From a virus: 64,000 nucleotides of DNA. The notes below the pieces were generated by a model. It was not told the origin of the DNA, did not search any database, and worked only from the letters and a program-made list of their open reading frames with translations. Below are positions 1 to 10,325 of this stretch, one piece after another (positions within the stretch are counted from its first letter, which is position 1; every line of letters begins with the position of its first letter). The stretch lies in the IMG/VR virus record IMGVR_UViG_3300045988_174992; one strand, written 5' to 3'. The position numbers were made by a program, and so were the translations under genes.

Positions 1-162
1 TTCTGTAATATCAAATGACTTCTGAAAAGCAGAATATGCTGCAAGTTTCTTATTTGCTGTCTTACCATTCAATCGTGGTACAAAGAAATCCTGTCCTGCT
101 GCCTTAAAACTTACTTTAGGTGTCTCACCAAACTCATTCCAAATTCTTAATGTCTTTCCCAT
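1..162 (-). CDS. partial CDS, N-terminal 54 aa only (gene continues left of window); weak dUTPase-like motif
   Basis: ATG at 162-160 on the minus strand, open to the window edge: MGKTLRIWNEFGETPKVSFKAAGQDFFVPRLNGKT... KAAGQDF resembles the dUTPase (S/A)AG.DL motif. Absent from the ORF track because it is truncated. Confidence 0.35.
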   Translation of the reverse strand, partial: MGKTLRIWNEFGETPKVSFKAAGQDFFVPRLNGKTANKKLAAYSAFQKSFDITE

Positions 163-226
163 TTCTTTAATTTACAATTTAAATATGTGTTTTCTTATTA
201 GGATATCCTTTTTCTTTAATTAATTT

Positions 227-259
227 TAATATAGATATATGGTTAACATGGTTTCAAAC
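227..259 (-). promoter_or_regulatory. host-type promoter (-33 TTTG / -7 TAnnTT) upstream of gene 1..162
   Basis: Minus strand reads TTTG-N21-TATATTAA. The same bipartite motif recurs before about 20 genes in this window. Confidence 0.45.
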
Positions 260-264
260 ATATT

Positions 265-1131
265 TTAATATTTCTTATTGAATATGTGTTCTGCTAAATT
301 CTTAATATCTTCATCTGTCTTCTTATCAGTATTGTTCTTTACCCATTCAATAATTGCAGGCATTTTTTCTTTTTTGAGAGCTTCTCTGGCAATTGCATTT
401 TCAAGTTCTCTTTTTTCAATGTTTGCATTTATAGAAAGTTTCACAATTTCAGGAATATTTATATATTTTGCACCTGTGTTTCCGAGAGATTTTACTTTAC
501 TATTATAGTTTATTGTATCACAATGTGAATAACTCATTTTATAAGCCCAAAGATGTGCAAGAGAATATACTGTTGCTTCATTCATCTTTAATCCTTTAAC
601 AACAAGATTTTTGAATTTATTACGAAATTCATTATCATATTCAATATATTCAAATGAATTTATGATATGAATGATTCCTGTTGTTGGATCAAGAATTGCC
701 GGTTTTGTAAAAGTTTTTGTAAATGTTCCAAAACCAAAACTTAAACTTGTGGATATCGAATAAATAAGATATCCGGCACCTTTGAACTTTCTACCTCTTA
801 CGACATTTACAGGAATAGCTGTTGGATTATCTTCAGAAGAACATCTTGCAATATTCTCTAAAACTGAATCTGATGCAACTGGGGTTTCATCTATCATTAA
901 AGAAATCATTTCTTCAATTAGACTCTGCTTAATATCTAAAGAAACATTACATAGTTCAATTGAATTTCTTCTTTCTTTCATATCAGTACCATGCCCATAA
1001 GTTGTAGTACATATTTTCTTTTCAACAGTATCATATAATACTGCTCCCCATACTCCATAGTCATCATTATCATAATTGATATTATCTTCAAGAATAATAT
1101 AACGTAAAGAATTATTTACCATATTAGTCAT
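265..1131 (-). CDS. hypothetical protein (288 aa)
   Basis: Long uninterrupted ORF in a co-directional array, with its own upstream promoter motif. No family motif recognised. Confidence 0.7.
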   Translation of the reverse strand: MTNMVNNSLRYIILEDNINYDNDDYGVWGAVLYDTVEKKICTTTYGHGTDMKERRNSIELCNVSLDIKQSLIEEMISLMIDETPVASDSVLENIARCSSEDNPTAIPVNVVRGRKFKGAGYLIYSISTSLSFGFGTFTKTFTKPAILDPTTGIIHIINSFEYIEYDNEFRNKFKNLVVKGLKMNEATVYSLAHLWAYKMSYSHCDTINYNSKVKSLGNTGAKYINIPEIVKLSINANIEKRELENAIAREALKKEKMPAIIEWVKNNTDKKTDEDIKNLAEHIFNKKY

Positions 1132-1154
1132 AATTATTGATTTTAAATTCAGAC

Positions 1155-1186
1155 AGAATATAGTTTATCCTGTCTGAATTTCAAAA
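1155..1186 (-). promoter_or_regulatory. host-type promoter overlapping a terminator-like hairpin
   Basis: Minus strand reads TTTTGAAAT then TCAGACAGGATAA then ACTATATTCT (TTTG-N19-TATATT). The 9-bp inverted repeat TTCAGACAG / CTGTCTGAA (1148-1156 / 1170-1178) spans the spacer. Confidence 0.5.
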
Positions 1187-1202
1187 TATTTAAAATTTTA
1201 TA

Positions 1203-4200
1203 TTAAAATGGACAATCCTCAAACAAATTTTTCTCTTCTACCTTCTTCATGTAAGAAGTATCTTCAGATTTGCTTAAATTCTGTCCAAAGATAGTACCTC
1301 TTAACGAATTAGTATTCTCCATCTTCTCAACAAATCTCTTATTTGTTCCATCCTTTGAAGCATAATCACTATAATCATAACCATCATGAATAACATTCTT
1401 CAATTGACTTTCAATTTGCTCTAATTTGTATTTTGAAGTGTGTGGAAGATTTTCTGGTAACTTGGATTCATATTCCTCTAATGTTTCTTCTTTCTTGTTT
1501 CCATCTTCTATCTTAATGTTTTCTATAAGTTCTTGTAAGAAGAACTGCTTAGTAATGTTGTTCTGATAAATCTCATTTATTTCTTGCTTAGTATTCCAAA
1601 GCATTTCAAATGGTCTTATTGTTATAATTCCATTCTTCAGTTTGGATTGGTCAATTATGATCTTCCATAAGTTGCATATCAAATCATAAATCTTCTCAAG
1701 ATATGCTTTATCTTCAACTACAACATCCTTTACAGAATTTGCATATTTACATGCATAGCTCTTCAACCATTCATCTATTTCTTCTCTTGTACATTTCATT
1801 GTATCATCTGCCCATTTCTGAGCATCTTTTACAAATCTCAATATAGGAAAATCAAGTCTTCGTTTTCTTCTGCTTTGTTCTATTGAAACAAACTTTCTTA
1901 TTCTGTTTAGCTTACTGAAATTTATTCTGTTCTGCTTCTTGTCAATACAATACTTATATATATCTTTGATAGTATCTATATTGTAGTTCTTGTACAATGA
2001 CAATACTATTGGAACATTTCTTTCCATTATCTCTATATCCTTAACATACAAATTATTGTCTTCTCTCATTTCTCTATATTCATCATCTTTGAATATGTTG
2101 TAGTTTCCAGAAATGAGTTCTCGATACAAATCAATATTTCCATCATTTACATGATCCAAGAAATCCAAAGTTTCAACAGTAACTTGATTGAATCTCATGT
2201 GTCTGCATGACTTAAGATAATCTTCAATGAATTCCAATCTGTCTTCTGATATCTCTTTTTCATGGTCAATCACATTTGTAACATATCCATAATACTGAAG
2301 ACCTTCAATCATCATTGGAAGCTGCTTCATATAAGTGGCGTATCTGTCTTCAAACACACTCAACTTATATGTTGTTTCATCAATAAAATACTTGCATTGA
2401 TTTTCATCATACTTTAGATATTTGTTAGTAGAAAGCAATGATTGAATTAATGGGTTGTATTTTGATTCTTCATTGTTTCTCTCTATCATATCATTACATG
2501 TCTTAATCAAATCTCTTGCCAAAAGCAAATCAGCCTGATTCAAACTCAAATCCAATGGTTGAGTATAGTAATAGTTGATAGGCATTCCAACAGAATCTTT
2601 CTTTGGAAGAAACATTTTAAGATACAGATTGTTGTTTCTAAGTCTATTTGCAAACTGTTCAATATCTTGTGGAATCCATTGTTCATTGAAATAAACAGAG
2701 AAACTGAACTTATCACAAATATCCACACCTACTGACAAATAAGTTGTACAGAATACAATATCATTATTTCCAATAGACTTATCAAAATTGATGAGATCCA
2801 TAGATTCTTCACCATAATTTGATTTCTTATAATAGAAACAGTTTATCTGTCTTCCAAACTTCATATCATCAAGATATTGCTGTACTAATCCAGTAAGCTG
2901 ATCATACCAAAGATTTCCTTTATTTGTTGGATAGAGAATCTTCTTACCATCTTTGATATCTTTTGCCATTGAATGAGCCATTTCAATCATCTGTTCTACT
3001 TTTGTTGGACACATGTTCAATTCAAAAGATTTCTCCCTGTAGTCATCCTTTTCAACTTTGATATGTTTGATACCAGGAAAGAATAGCATTTCTCCAGTAG
3101 GAGTACCAGTCATCATGATTATTTTTGCTTTACAATTAGCAAGTCTCTGAATTGTTGGGGCCATCACATCACGATAAGAAGAAGTGAATATCAGATGCGA
3201 CTCATCAAGTACTATATATTCAAATCCTGCGGTATCAAGCTCCATGACATTCAATCTTGAAAACTTATCTATTGTCATTGACATAGATTTGTTTGAAAGC
3301 AAATCTTCAAGTTGTGGTTTCTTATTTCCGTAGTAATAAAGCCAATCTGATGTTACAGATGATGTTTCTACTTTTGCTTTTATTGTTGAAGTAAATGGAA
3401 GTATCAGAAGTGTCTTAGCTTTGAATGCTTTAATCATTTCAGTCTTTCCATAACCAGCACCAGCTTCCAACAATGTGATATGATTCAAATTCTTAAGAAT
3501 ATCATCCTTCAAATCAGAAAGATACTGATCTTTATTCAAATGCAACTTTACTAAGTTGTCATCTTTATCATTAAGAACATCTGTTGGCGACTTGAATATT
3601 TTTTCATCTTCTCTATTTGTAGTTAATGACTTCTGCTCTTCTTTATAGATATTGTCATCTTCTATCTTAATGTTGAATCCATGATATTTGTTCAACTGTT
3701 TGATAGCCCAAACGGAAACTGGCTTATCATGTATGCTTGCAGTCTTAACATCACCTTTAAGCTCTTTATAATCTGTACCATCACAAATGGCAACCATATA
3801 TTGCAATGCCTTATCATATCCATATATAGAAGTAAGAGTGTTTGCAAGTTGCCAACGTTGTGCATGCTTATAATGTCGACGAATGCATTTGCTTGGATCA
3901 ACATCATTTATATCAGAAACTGCAGTTATATCTACACTTTTCTTCTGATTGTTTTCTGTATTGAACCATTCCAACTTAGCAAATATGTTCTTCAAGTCAG
4001 GATGTGATATCCAATCTATTGATTCAAGCCCTGTATCAAATGCCGTTTCAAAGTTAGCATCAAGTCGTAAGTCTATGAAATTAGTGGACAATAATGCTTT
4101 ACTATCTGATGTAATGAATATACCTTGCTGTGGTTTTGCCATCGCCATATCAAGCCAATCAAATATATCATCCTTTGTATATCCAATTTCCTTCATATAC

Positions 4201-4856
4201 TTAGTAAGAACAATATACAAGTAACTGTACTTATGCCTGAAATTACACAGATATTCAATCTTCTTGTTTTCGTCTGTATAAGATATTGGTGTTATCTTTG
4301 TCCAAACATGAAGTGATTTTCCAGATGCTGACTTAGCAACTCCTAAAAACCAATGATATTTGTTGAGGTCTTCAAAAATCTTTAGTTTAAGTTCATTTGC
4401 AATCTTCTTATTCTTAATATCAATATCTATGATCTGAATTCCATTCCACATAGAAAATGACTTTTCACCAATAGGTCGATTGTTAGATGAAACTGAAAAC
4501 ACTACTTTTCTGCTTGCTTTCTCAACATTCTTATATATAGGATCCTGAACAAGCATCCAAACATCTTTCCATGACTGTACAATACCTACTTTATCATAAA
4601 TGGAATTAGTAATCAAACACGATACCATGCCAAGTACAGAATCGAGATATCTGTCTTGCTCTTCTTTAGAACATTCTTTAAAATTAACAGAAGAATATAT
4701 TTCTTGATCTGTATCTTCTTCATTTAATGCTTCATATTCTTTAGACATACAACGAAACTGTTCATAAATATCAGTCATTGCAGTCTTCCCAGAATAGCTT
4801 TCAGCAACCTTCTTGAGGTATTGTGCTATATTTAATGGATTTGAATTGTTACTCAT
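1203..4856 (-). CDS. putative primase-helicase fusion (primase-like N-terminal domain plus SF2 helicase)
   Basis: 1217-aa ORF. Walker A is LLEAGAGYGKTEMI, Walker B/DExH is YIVLDESHLI, motif III is MMTGTPTGE, and a motif VI-like QFANRLRNN is present. The N-terminal segment ...GVAKSASGKSLHVWTKI... resembles VirE/BT4734-type primase-like domains. Confidence 0.6.
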   Translation of the reverse strand: MSNNSNPLNIAQYLKKVAESYSGKTAMTDIYEQFRCMSKEYEALNEEDTDQEIYSSVNFKECSKEEQDRYLDSVLGMVSCLITNSIYDKVGIVQSWKDVWMLVQDPIYKNVEKASRKVVFSVSSNNRPIGEKSFSMWNGIQIIDIDIKNKKIANELKLKIFEDLNKYHWFLGVAKSASGKSLHVWTKITPISYTDENKKIEYLCNFRHKYSYLYIVLTKYMKEIGYTKDDIFDWLDMAMAKPQQGIFITSDSKALLSTNFIDLRLDANFETAFDTGLESIDWISHPDLKNIFAKLEWFNTENNQKKSVDITAVSDINDVDPSKCIRRHYKHAQRWQLANTLTSIYGYDKALQYMVAICDGTDYKELKGDVKTASIHDKPVSVWAIKQLNKYHGFNIKIEDDNIYKEEQKSLTTNREDEKIFKSPTDVLNDKDDNLVKLHLNKDQYLSDLKDDILKNLNHITLLEAGAGYGKTEMIKAFKAKTLLILPFTSTIKAKVETSSVTSDWLYYYGNKKPQLEDLLSNKSMSMTIDKFSRLNVMELDTAGFEYIVLDESHLIFTSSYRDVMAPTIQRLANCKAKIIMMTGTPTGEMLFFPGIKHIKVEKDDYREKSFELNMCPTKVEQMIEMAHSMAKDIKDGKKILYPTNKGNLWYDQLTGLVQQYLDDMKFGRQINCFYYKKSNYGEESMDLINFDKSIGNNDIVFCTTYLSVGVDICDKFSFSVYFNEQWIPQDIEQFANRLRNNNLYLKMFLPKKDSVGMPINYYYTQPLDLSLNQADLLLARDLIKTCNDMIERNNEESKYNPLIQSLLSTNKYLKYDENQCKYFIDETTYKLSVFEDRYATYMKQLPMMIEGLQYYGYVTNVIDHEKEISEDRLEFIEDYLKSCRHMRFNQVTVETLDFLDHVNDGNIDLYRELISGNYNIFKDDEYREMREDNNLYVKDIEIMERNVPIVLSLYKNYNIDTIKDIYKYCIDKKQNRINFSKLNRIRKFVSIEQSRRKRRLDFPILRFVKDAQKWADDTMKCTREEIDEWLKSYACKYANSVKDVVVEDKAYLEKIYDLICNLWKIIIDQSKLKNGIITIRPFEMLWNTKQEINEIYQNNITKQFFLQELIENIKIEDGNKKEETLEEYESKLPENLPHTSKYKLEQIESQLKNVIHDGYDYSDYASKDGTNKRFVEKMENTNSLRGTIFGQNLSKSEDTSYMKKVEEKNLFEDCPF

Positions 4857-5015
4857 CTAAAATTCTATCAATTGTTCTAAAACTTAAAAATCATTATATT
4901 ATGTTATGTTACTTACTTATCTTGTATCAAAATAGTAAATTGAATAAAGCTATTTCAAAATGATTTTAATATAGAATATATTTGTTAAAACAATCAGAAT
5001 ATATAAATAAACATA

Positions 5016-5113
5016 GGATTCTCCAGGATAGCGCCTGGGTCACGAGATTGGCGGAAGATTGGATGTAAGTATAATTTATCAGCTTAAACATTTTTAACGT
5101 CCCTGAAGTGAAA
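5016..5113 (+). repeat. GC-rich conserved intergenic element, copy A (possible structured RNA)
   Basis: GGATTCTCCAGGATAGCGCCTGGGTCACGAGATTGGCGGAAG ... AACGTCCCTGAAGTGAAATTT. Both the 5-prime and 3-prime blocks align with copy C (42142-42235, opposite strand), and the 5-prime block aligns with copy B (31498-31565). Hairpin is CCAGG-N6-CCTGG. Confidence 0.55.
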
Positions 5114-5191
5114 TTTAACATTAATCTTATTTAACAGACAATAAAAATTAATGAAATGACAATTTTTAAATAAGTTAAATGATTGAATTCA

Positions 5192-6049
5192 ATGAGTTGT
5201 GTACAAAATACAAATAATAGTTCTCCAGCACAAAAAGAAATCTCCATGGAGGAATACAATAAGAGAAAGCATAAAATAGAAGATCAAGTAGATTACCAGT
5301 TTATTCAAAGAATCATACAAGAACTGACACAAACTTGTGCTATAAATTTACCAATGCAACCATCAGCTATTCCACCATTGATTCTTCAAGCTGCTCAATA
5401 TTTCTGGGAAAATTGTGACCAGGCGATAGAAGAACGTTGGTATTGTCTCCCATTCAGAGAGTTTACAAAATGTGGTGCTAACATGATTGCTAAGTTGCCA
5501 CCGCAAATTCTTTCAGTAAACGGATTGTACAAAGCAACAGATAGTTGGTCTTATGGTGTCATGGGCGACTTTTCTTTAGAAAGAATGATACTGAACAATT
5601 CAGCTATAGCATCTGGTGTTGGTGGAAGCTTATCTGATGTGTATGGATCAGGTGGAGGATATACATTGACTGATGTTACAGCAGCATTGTATGAACTTGA
5701 TACTTTTGACTATATTTTTAATACTCCTATAACATATAATTACAATACTTACAGTAATGATCTTGTTGTGTTAGGAGCTATCGGTCATTCTGATTTGATG
5801 CTCAATGTATATAAGAGACTTAAGATACAAGATCTGTACAAGAATTACTATTTCTTCAGATATTGTGTTTGCCTTGGCTTACGTTCTATGGCTACTATCC
5901 TTGGTACATTTGAATTTAAGTTGCCTGGTGGAGTTACTTTAAATTACAGTATATGGAGAGACATGGCCAATGAAGAAATGCAGAAGATAGATGAATGGAT
6001 TCAGAAGAATCATTCTGCTGACTACTTCATAAATACTAATACTATTTAA
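5192..6049 (+). CDS. hypothetical protein, probable virion/baseplate module member
   Basis: The ORF track starts at a TTG (5183); the first ATG is at 5192. It is followed at 1-3 nt spacing by a 78-aa ORF and a 1172-aa ORF. No motif recognised. Confidence 0.65.
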   Translation: MSCVQNTNNSSPAQKEISMEEYNKRKHKIEDQVDYQFIQRIIQELTQTCAINLPMQPSAIPPLILQAAQYFWENCDQAIEERWYCLPFREFTKCGANMIAKLPPQILSVNGLYKATDSWSYGVMGDFSLERMILNNSAIASGVGGSLSDVYGSGGGYTLTDVTAALYELDTFDYIFNTPITYNYNTYSNDLVVLGAIGHSDLMLNVYKRLKIQDLYKNYYFFRYCVCLGLRSMATILGTFEFKLPGGVTLNYSIWRDMANEEMQKIDEWIQKNHSADYFINTNTI

Positions 6050-6050
6050 A

Positions 6051-6287
6051 ATGGACATAAAGCAAAGTTTAGATTACAAGTTTCTAGGATATCAAAAGTC
6101 AACAAATCTTGGAAGGAAAAAATATGACTATGCTAGGGATGGAATTCTCATAAGAGTTCTTCCACCTATTCTGTTCAGGGGAAACCCAACATTAGTAGCT
6201 TTCTTACAACTTATAGATATTCAACTCATCACCATGTTCAAGCATGTTGAAGCAATCAGAAAATTCAAGCACATATCATCTTATTAG
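6051..6287 (+). CDS. hypothetical small protein (78 aa)
   Basis: ORF packed 1 nt after the previous stop and 3 nt before the next start. Confidence 0.55.
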   Translation: MDIKQSLDYKFLGYQKSTNLGRKKYDYARDGILIRVLPPILFRGNPTLVAFLQLIDIQLITMFKHVEAIRKFKHISSY

Positions 6288-6290
6288 ACA

Positions 6291-9200
6291 ATGGAATTCA
6301 TCGATCATACAGGACATATATACTCATTGAAGGATTGGCAAAATGAACCAATAGGATATGAATATGAAATAGGAAATTATGTAGACTGGTTCACTTCAGA
6401 TACAACTTCTCACAAGCTTAGTACAGACAGATACTATATTAAGCCTGTAAGAATCATAGTGAATTCTAATGACTTTATATCTGTAAAGATTAATAATGGT
6501 GGTAAATATGAATATGATATGAATGTTCCACATTTCTGGTTGCTAAGCTCTGCATACATACAGGATTGTATAGAGAACAACAGTAACATATTTGATCCTC
6601 TCAATATAGAAGAAAGTGAATTTCGTGATGAACTTTATACATACGATTTAACAGTAATAGATAATGTAGAAGTAGAAGGAAGAGAATCAACTGTATCAGT
6701 AGCTACATTTTATGTTGTCACACTAAGTCAAGAAGAAACTACTTGGCTAACTAATATCCTCATTCATATAACTACAGGAGAAGATTACAATGACAATATC
6801 TGGTGTCCTTATACTGTAGGTGCTGAATTCCACATGGAAGATAGTGAGCTTATCATAAATGGTAAGAATATGGGAATAAACATTCCTAAGGATCTAATGA
6901 AGTCAATATATTTTACTGATGTAAAATCTGACAGAATAGATGAAGAAGAATATTCTTATAAGTTAAAAGAACTTCTTCTAAACTATATGCATATTAGAGG
7001 AGAATGTGGAAACTATGAATCAGCTAAAGATTCTCTTGATTGGTTTGGCTATGGAAATCATATTACCATAAGAGGACTCAACCAAACTGACAACCAATTC
7101 TTAGAGCAATATATACAAGACAATTTTGATACTTTGTCTGACAATCTTTGGTCTTGGCAACATTTCAGAAAAGCTTCTGCTTATTCTATATGGATGGATA
7201 TAGACAGATATACAGAAGTTCTAGACAAGCAGTACTGGACAGAAGAGCTTATAGGAGAAGGTAAGCCTATTTCAGAAAACTTGTTTGATAAGATGGTTTA
7301 TGATAAGTTTGATGAACAAGACATAAAATTCTGGCGACCTTACTACAATTGGAGACTAGAAGATATGTACATAAAGATGTCGATGGTAGAGTATTACTGG
7401 AAGAAGTACTTCTTACCTATAATGACGACTATATCATCTAGTATGAAGCAACATTGCTGGATGAATGACATCAAATATATAGTAAGTCCTAGCATTCATG
7501 TTACAGAAACTCCTACTTGGATTGGAAGCACCAATACTTCCGTAAGATTTCAAGGATCTGATATAGTTTACATATACAACCAAGAATCTTACTTTGATGA
7601 ATGCTATAATGAGTTTTCAAATTCTGAAACATTAGGAAAGACAACAGAAAATCCAACAATATATATCAATGATATTTGTGCTAAGGTGCCAATTTGTTTC
7701 TTATCAAATGAAGATGAAGATTTCTTTGATGTAACTTTGGTACTTACAAAAGAGGGTAAGAAAATATATAGCTCATCATTCAGTTTCTTCCAACGAAAAG
7801 ATGATGTTGCTTATAAGAACTTCGTAATGATACCAAAGTCATTAGTAAAGTCATTCAATATGACTTATTGGATAGATAAGAAATACAGATTGTCAGTAAA
7901 CTGTAATGGAAACTGGTATTACTATGACTTCATGTTGAAAGCACCAGAATTCCAGTTGAAAGTAGGTACTTTAGAATACAAATATTTCAATTATACAGAA
8001 GTAAAAGAACTTAAACCTGGAGAAGAAGGATATCGAGATCCTAATGATCCAGAATTCGACAGTATGACAGAATCAGAGAAAGCAAACATAAATCTGTATA
8101 CAACAGAAAAATCATTGTTTTCACAGATAAAGTCTATAGAAGATGACTCAGTAAACTTCAATTCTTATATGTACCTTCCTGGATTAGCAGAAGTGAATGA
8201 CATAAGATTCTTTGACAAGTTGAAGTATATGATAGACAATGCTTCTTCTAATACTTCAAATAGTAATTCTAATAATGCTTCTACTAATACAATGAACAAT
8301 TTCTGCAACTATATTGCTTCTAAATGCTACATATATAATTTAGGAGTAAAGAACAGTAAAGTTGTATATAAGAAAGGAAATTCTGTCATCCCAATATTCA
8401 TGTTCAATAATGGTCTTGATATACCTGATAACCAAGGATATTCTTTAAGCAAATTCTATGTAGATGTATTGTTTGATGTGGACTCTAATAATGAATATTA
8501 TGCTAAGATAAGATTAGATTTGAATGATCTGAGTACTACAAAACCTAATGAATGTGTCAATCTTCATGAATATACTATATCAAACAATGATTTGATAATG
8601 ATGAAGAAAGATATTGGTTTAGGTGACCCAGCTTACAACAAGCAAGGAAATATTGATTGGGATGCAACTTCTGACAAATGGAAGCTTTTCTATATAGATG
8701 AACATCTTAGACACAAGTCAACAGTAACTATACGATTAGCTACTACAGGTGAAATAAAGCTACCAAATGGAAAAACTTATGAATTTGGTGGATATACTTT
8801 GTCAGGTGTTCCTAGAATATATCAAGATATTGCTATTCCTATCTGGAATACTAGTTCAGATTCAGTATGCAATATGGAATGCAACTGTCCTTGGAAATCT
8901 GAATGTAAGTTTAGAGGAGATTATGTAAAGACAGATTATGATTCTACTCCTAAATTAGATGAAGTAGACATGAACATGAGGCAAGAAATCACATCAGAAA
9001 ATGTAAAGAAGTCTATAGATTCACTTATCAATAGCATGAGGCAAACCGTGTCTACATCTAACAACAAAAAATATCTGAACAGAATGCATATCTATGATTT
9101 GTATTTGTATAAGATGAATGATGTAGAAAAAAGAAAGAGACTTGGTTTGAATATAAGTAAGATATCAAAACTTAAGTACAATAGTAAGATATATGATACC

Positions 9201-9809
9201 AAGTGGTATTCTCCAAACCACTGGGAACAACCTTCTGAACTGGTAGAACTCTATAGAATGTTCTTTAATGATGATGGTACAGAAAAGTTCAGTATAGGAG
9301 ATGACAATGCATTCAATTATGATTTCTATCTTATGCATGATGACACTAATTGGTTTGCTGTTCTCATATCGCAAGATACAGAAGACAAACTTATTGGTGA
9401 CATGGATTTAGATCCTCATGACAAGATAGAATATTGTCCGGATGATGAAACAAAGATTGTAATGAAAAAATACAGATCATCTGATACTTTCTTAATAAAC
9501 AGAATGGTATTGGAAGAAAAATATCCAGTAAATCATTTTAAAGAAGATGACTTGATATTCGCTAGTATTGACAATGTGAAATTCCCATTCATATTGGATA
9601 AGACGACTAAATGGTCAGTAAAGAATTTGTCATTGTTGAATAAGAACAAGCCATCTATAACTTCTAATTCTAATGCTATGATACTTAGCTTATATGATGA
9701 AGCTTCTAAGAATGTTTCAGGTTATTATAATATAGATGTAAGATACAGCATAGAAGGAAATGTTGACCACCAACAGAAAAAACATACAAGAATACTTATA
9801 GAAAAATGA
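6291..9809 (+). CDS. large putative virion structural protein (1172 aa)
   Basis: Very long uninterrupted ORF with an Asn/Ser-rich low-complexity patch (ASSNTSNSNSNNASTNT). It sits in the plus-strand structural-looking block. No enzymatic motif recognised. Confidence 0.7.
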   Translation: MEFIDHTGHIYSLKDWQNEPIGYEYEIGNYVDWFTSDTTSHKLSTDRYYIKPVRIIVNSNDFISVKINNGGKYEYDMNVPHFWLLSSAYIQDCIENNSNIFDPLNIEESEFRDELYTYDLTVIDNVEVEGRESTVSVATFYVVTLSQEETTWLTNILIHITTGEDYNDNIWCPYTVGAEFHMEDSELIINGKNMGINIPKDLMKSIYFTDVKSDRIDEEEYSYKLKELLLNYMHIRGECGNYESAKDSLDWFGYGNHITIRGLNQTDNQFLEQYIQDNFDTLSDNLWSWQHFRKASAYSIWMDIDRYTEVLDKQYWTEELIGEGKPISENLFDKMVYDKFDEQDIKFWRPYYNWRLEDMYIKMSMVEYYWKKYFLPIMTTISSSMKQHCWMNDIKYIVSPSIHVTETPTWIGSTNTSVRFQGSDIVYIYNQESYFDECYNEFSNSETLGKTTENPTIYINDICAKVPICFLSNEDEDFFDVTLVLTKEGKKIYSSSFSFFQRKDDVAYKNFVMIPKSLVKSFNMTYWIDKKYRLSVNCNGNWYYYDFMLKAPEFQLKVGTLEYKYFNYTEVKELKPGEEGYRDPNDPEFDSMTESEKANINLYTTEKSLFSQIKSIEDDSVNFNSYMYLPGLAEVNDIRFFDKLKYMIDNASSNTSNSNSNNASTNTMNNFCNYIASKCYIYNLGVKNSKVVYKKGNSVIPIFMFNNGLDIPDNQGYSLSKFYVDVLFDVDSNNEYYAKIRLDLNDLSTTKPNECVNLHEYTISNNDLIMMKKDIGLGDPAYNKQGNIDWDATSDKWKLFYIDEHLRHKSTVTIRLATTGEIKLPNGKTYEFGGYTLSGVPRIYQDIAIPIWNTSSDSVCNMECNCPWKSECKFRGDYVKTDYDSTPKLDEVDMNMRQEITSENVKKSIDSLINSMRQTVSTSNNKKYLNRMHIYDLYLYKMNDVEKRKRLGLNISKISKLKYNSKIYDTKWYSPNHWEQPSELVELYRMFFNDDGTEKFSIGDDNAFNYDFYLMHDDTNWFAVLISQDTEDKLIGDMDLDPHDKIEYCPDDETKIVMKKYRSSDTFLINRMVLEEKYPVNHFKEDDLIFASIDNVKFPFILDKTTKWSVKNLSLLNKNKPSITSNSNAMILSLYDEASKNVSGYYNIDVRYSIEGNVDHQQKKHTRILIEK

Positions 9810-10321
9810 AAAGTTTAACTAATTACATTTATGAAAGCATAAATAATGTATCAGAACAGTTCCAAAGCAATAGTTCTAATAAAAATGGAATGTTCTTACA
9901 TAAAGATGGATTACGCCAATCAGAAGACTTTAATTTCAACCCAGGTGAAAAGGCATTATGCATTGCTTATGATACTGATGGATATCGTATTCAAATCCGT
10001 GGCATATTAGAAATTGCTAAAGTCCTTAAGAGTAGTATTAAAGTTAAGGCTACTACAGATGATGGAACTGAATTTTATAATAAAATGAAATTTGATAATA
10101 CAGGTATTGCCATTGTGAAGACAAACAGCAAGTATCGCGGTAAATCTGTAAAATATTATGTTCTCTACAATAAAGATCTTATTGACAGTGAAAAGGATGG
10201 TAAAGATATTAAAGAAATATTAGATAAAGGTACATGTTCTTGGGGATTTGATCTTCCAGAAAATAAAGAATTAAGAAAGGATTATATCAAAAACCTCAAA
10301 AAGTATCTTAAAGAAATCTAA
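9806..10321 (+). CDS. putative capsid internal protein with CTS-like N-terminus MKSLTNYIYE
   Basis: ATGA start/stop overlap with the upstream gene. The N-terminal decapeptide is almost identical to that of the next gene and resembles the T4 internal-protein capsid targeting sequence MKTYQEFIAE, which ends in the I-x-E prohead-protease motif. Confidence 0.6.
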   Translation: MKSLTNYIYESINNVSEQFQSNSSNKNGMFLHKDGLRQSEDFNFNPGEKALCIAYDTDGYRIQIRGILEIAKVLKSSIKVKATTDDGTEFYNKMKFDNTGIAIVKTNSKYRGKSVKYYVLYNKDLIDSEKDGKDIKEILDKGTCSWGFDLPENKELRKDYIKNLKKYLKEI

Positions 10322-10325
10322 GTAA

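Noticed and set aside
5002-5009. Exact T4 late-promoter consensus TATAAATA occurs at 5002-5009 (upstream of the structural block), at 26980-26987 (minus strand, upstream of the tRNA-like element) and at 42174-42181 (inside element copy C).
   Set aside because: An 8-mer made only of A and T is expected to occur many times by chance in DNA this AT-rich. The three hits have inconsistent positions and orientations relative to the elements they flank. They are mentioned as context only, not called as promoters.
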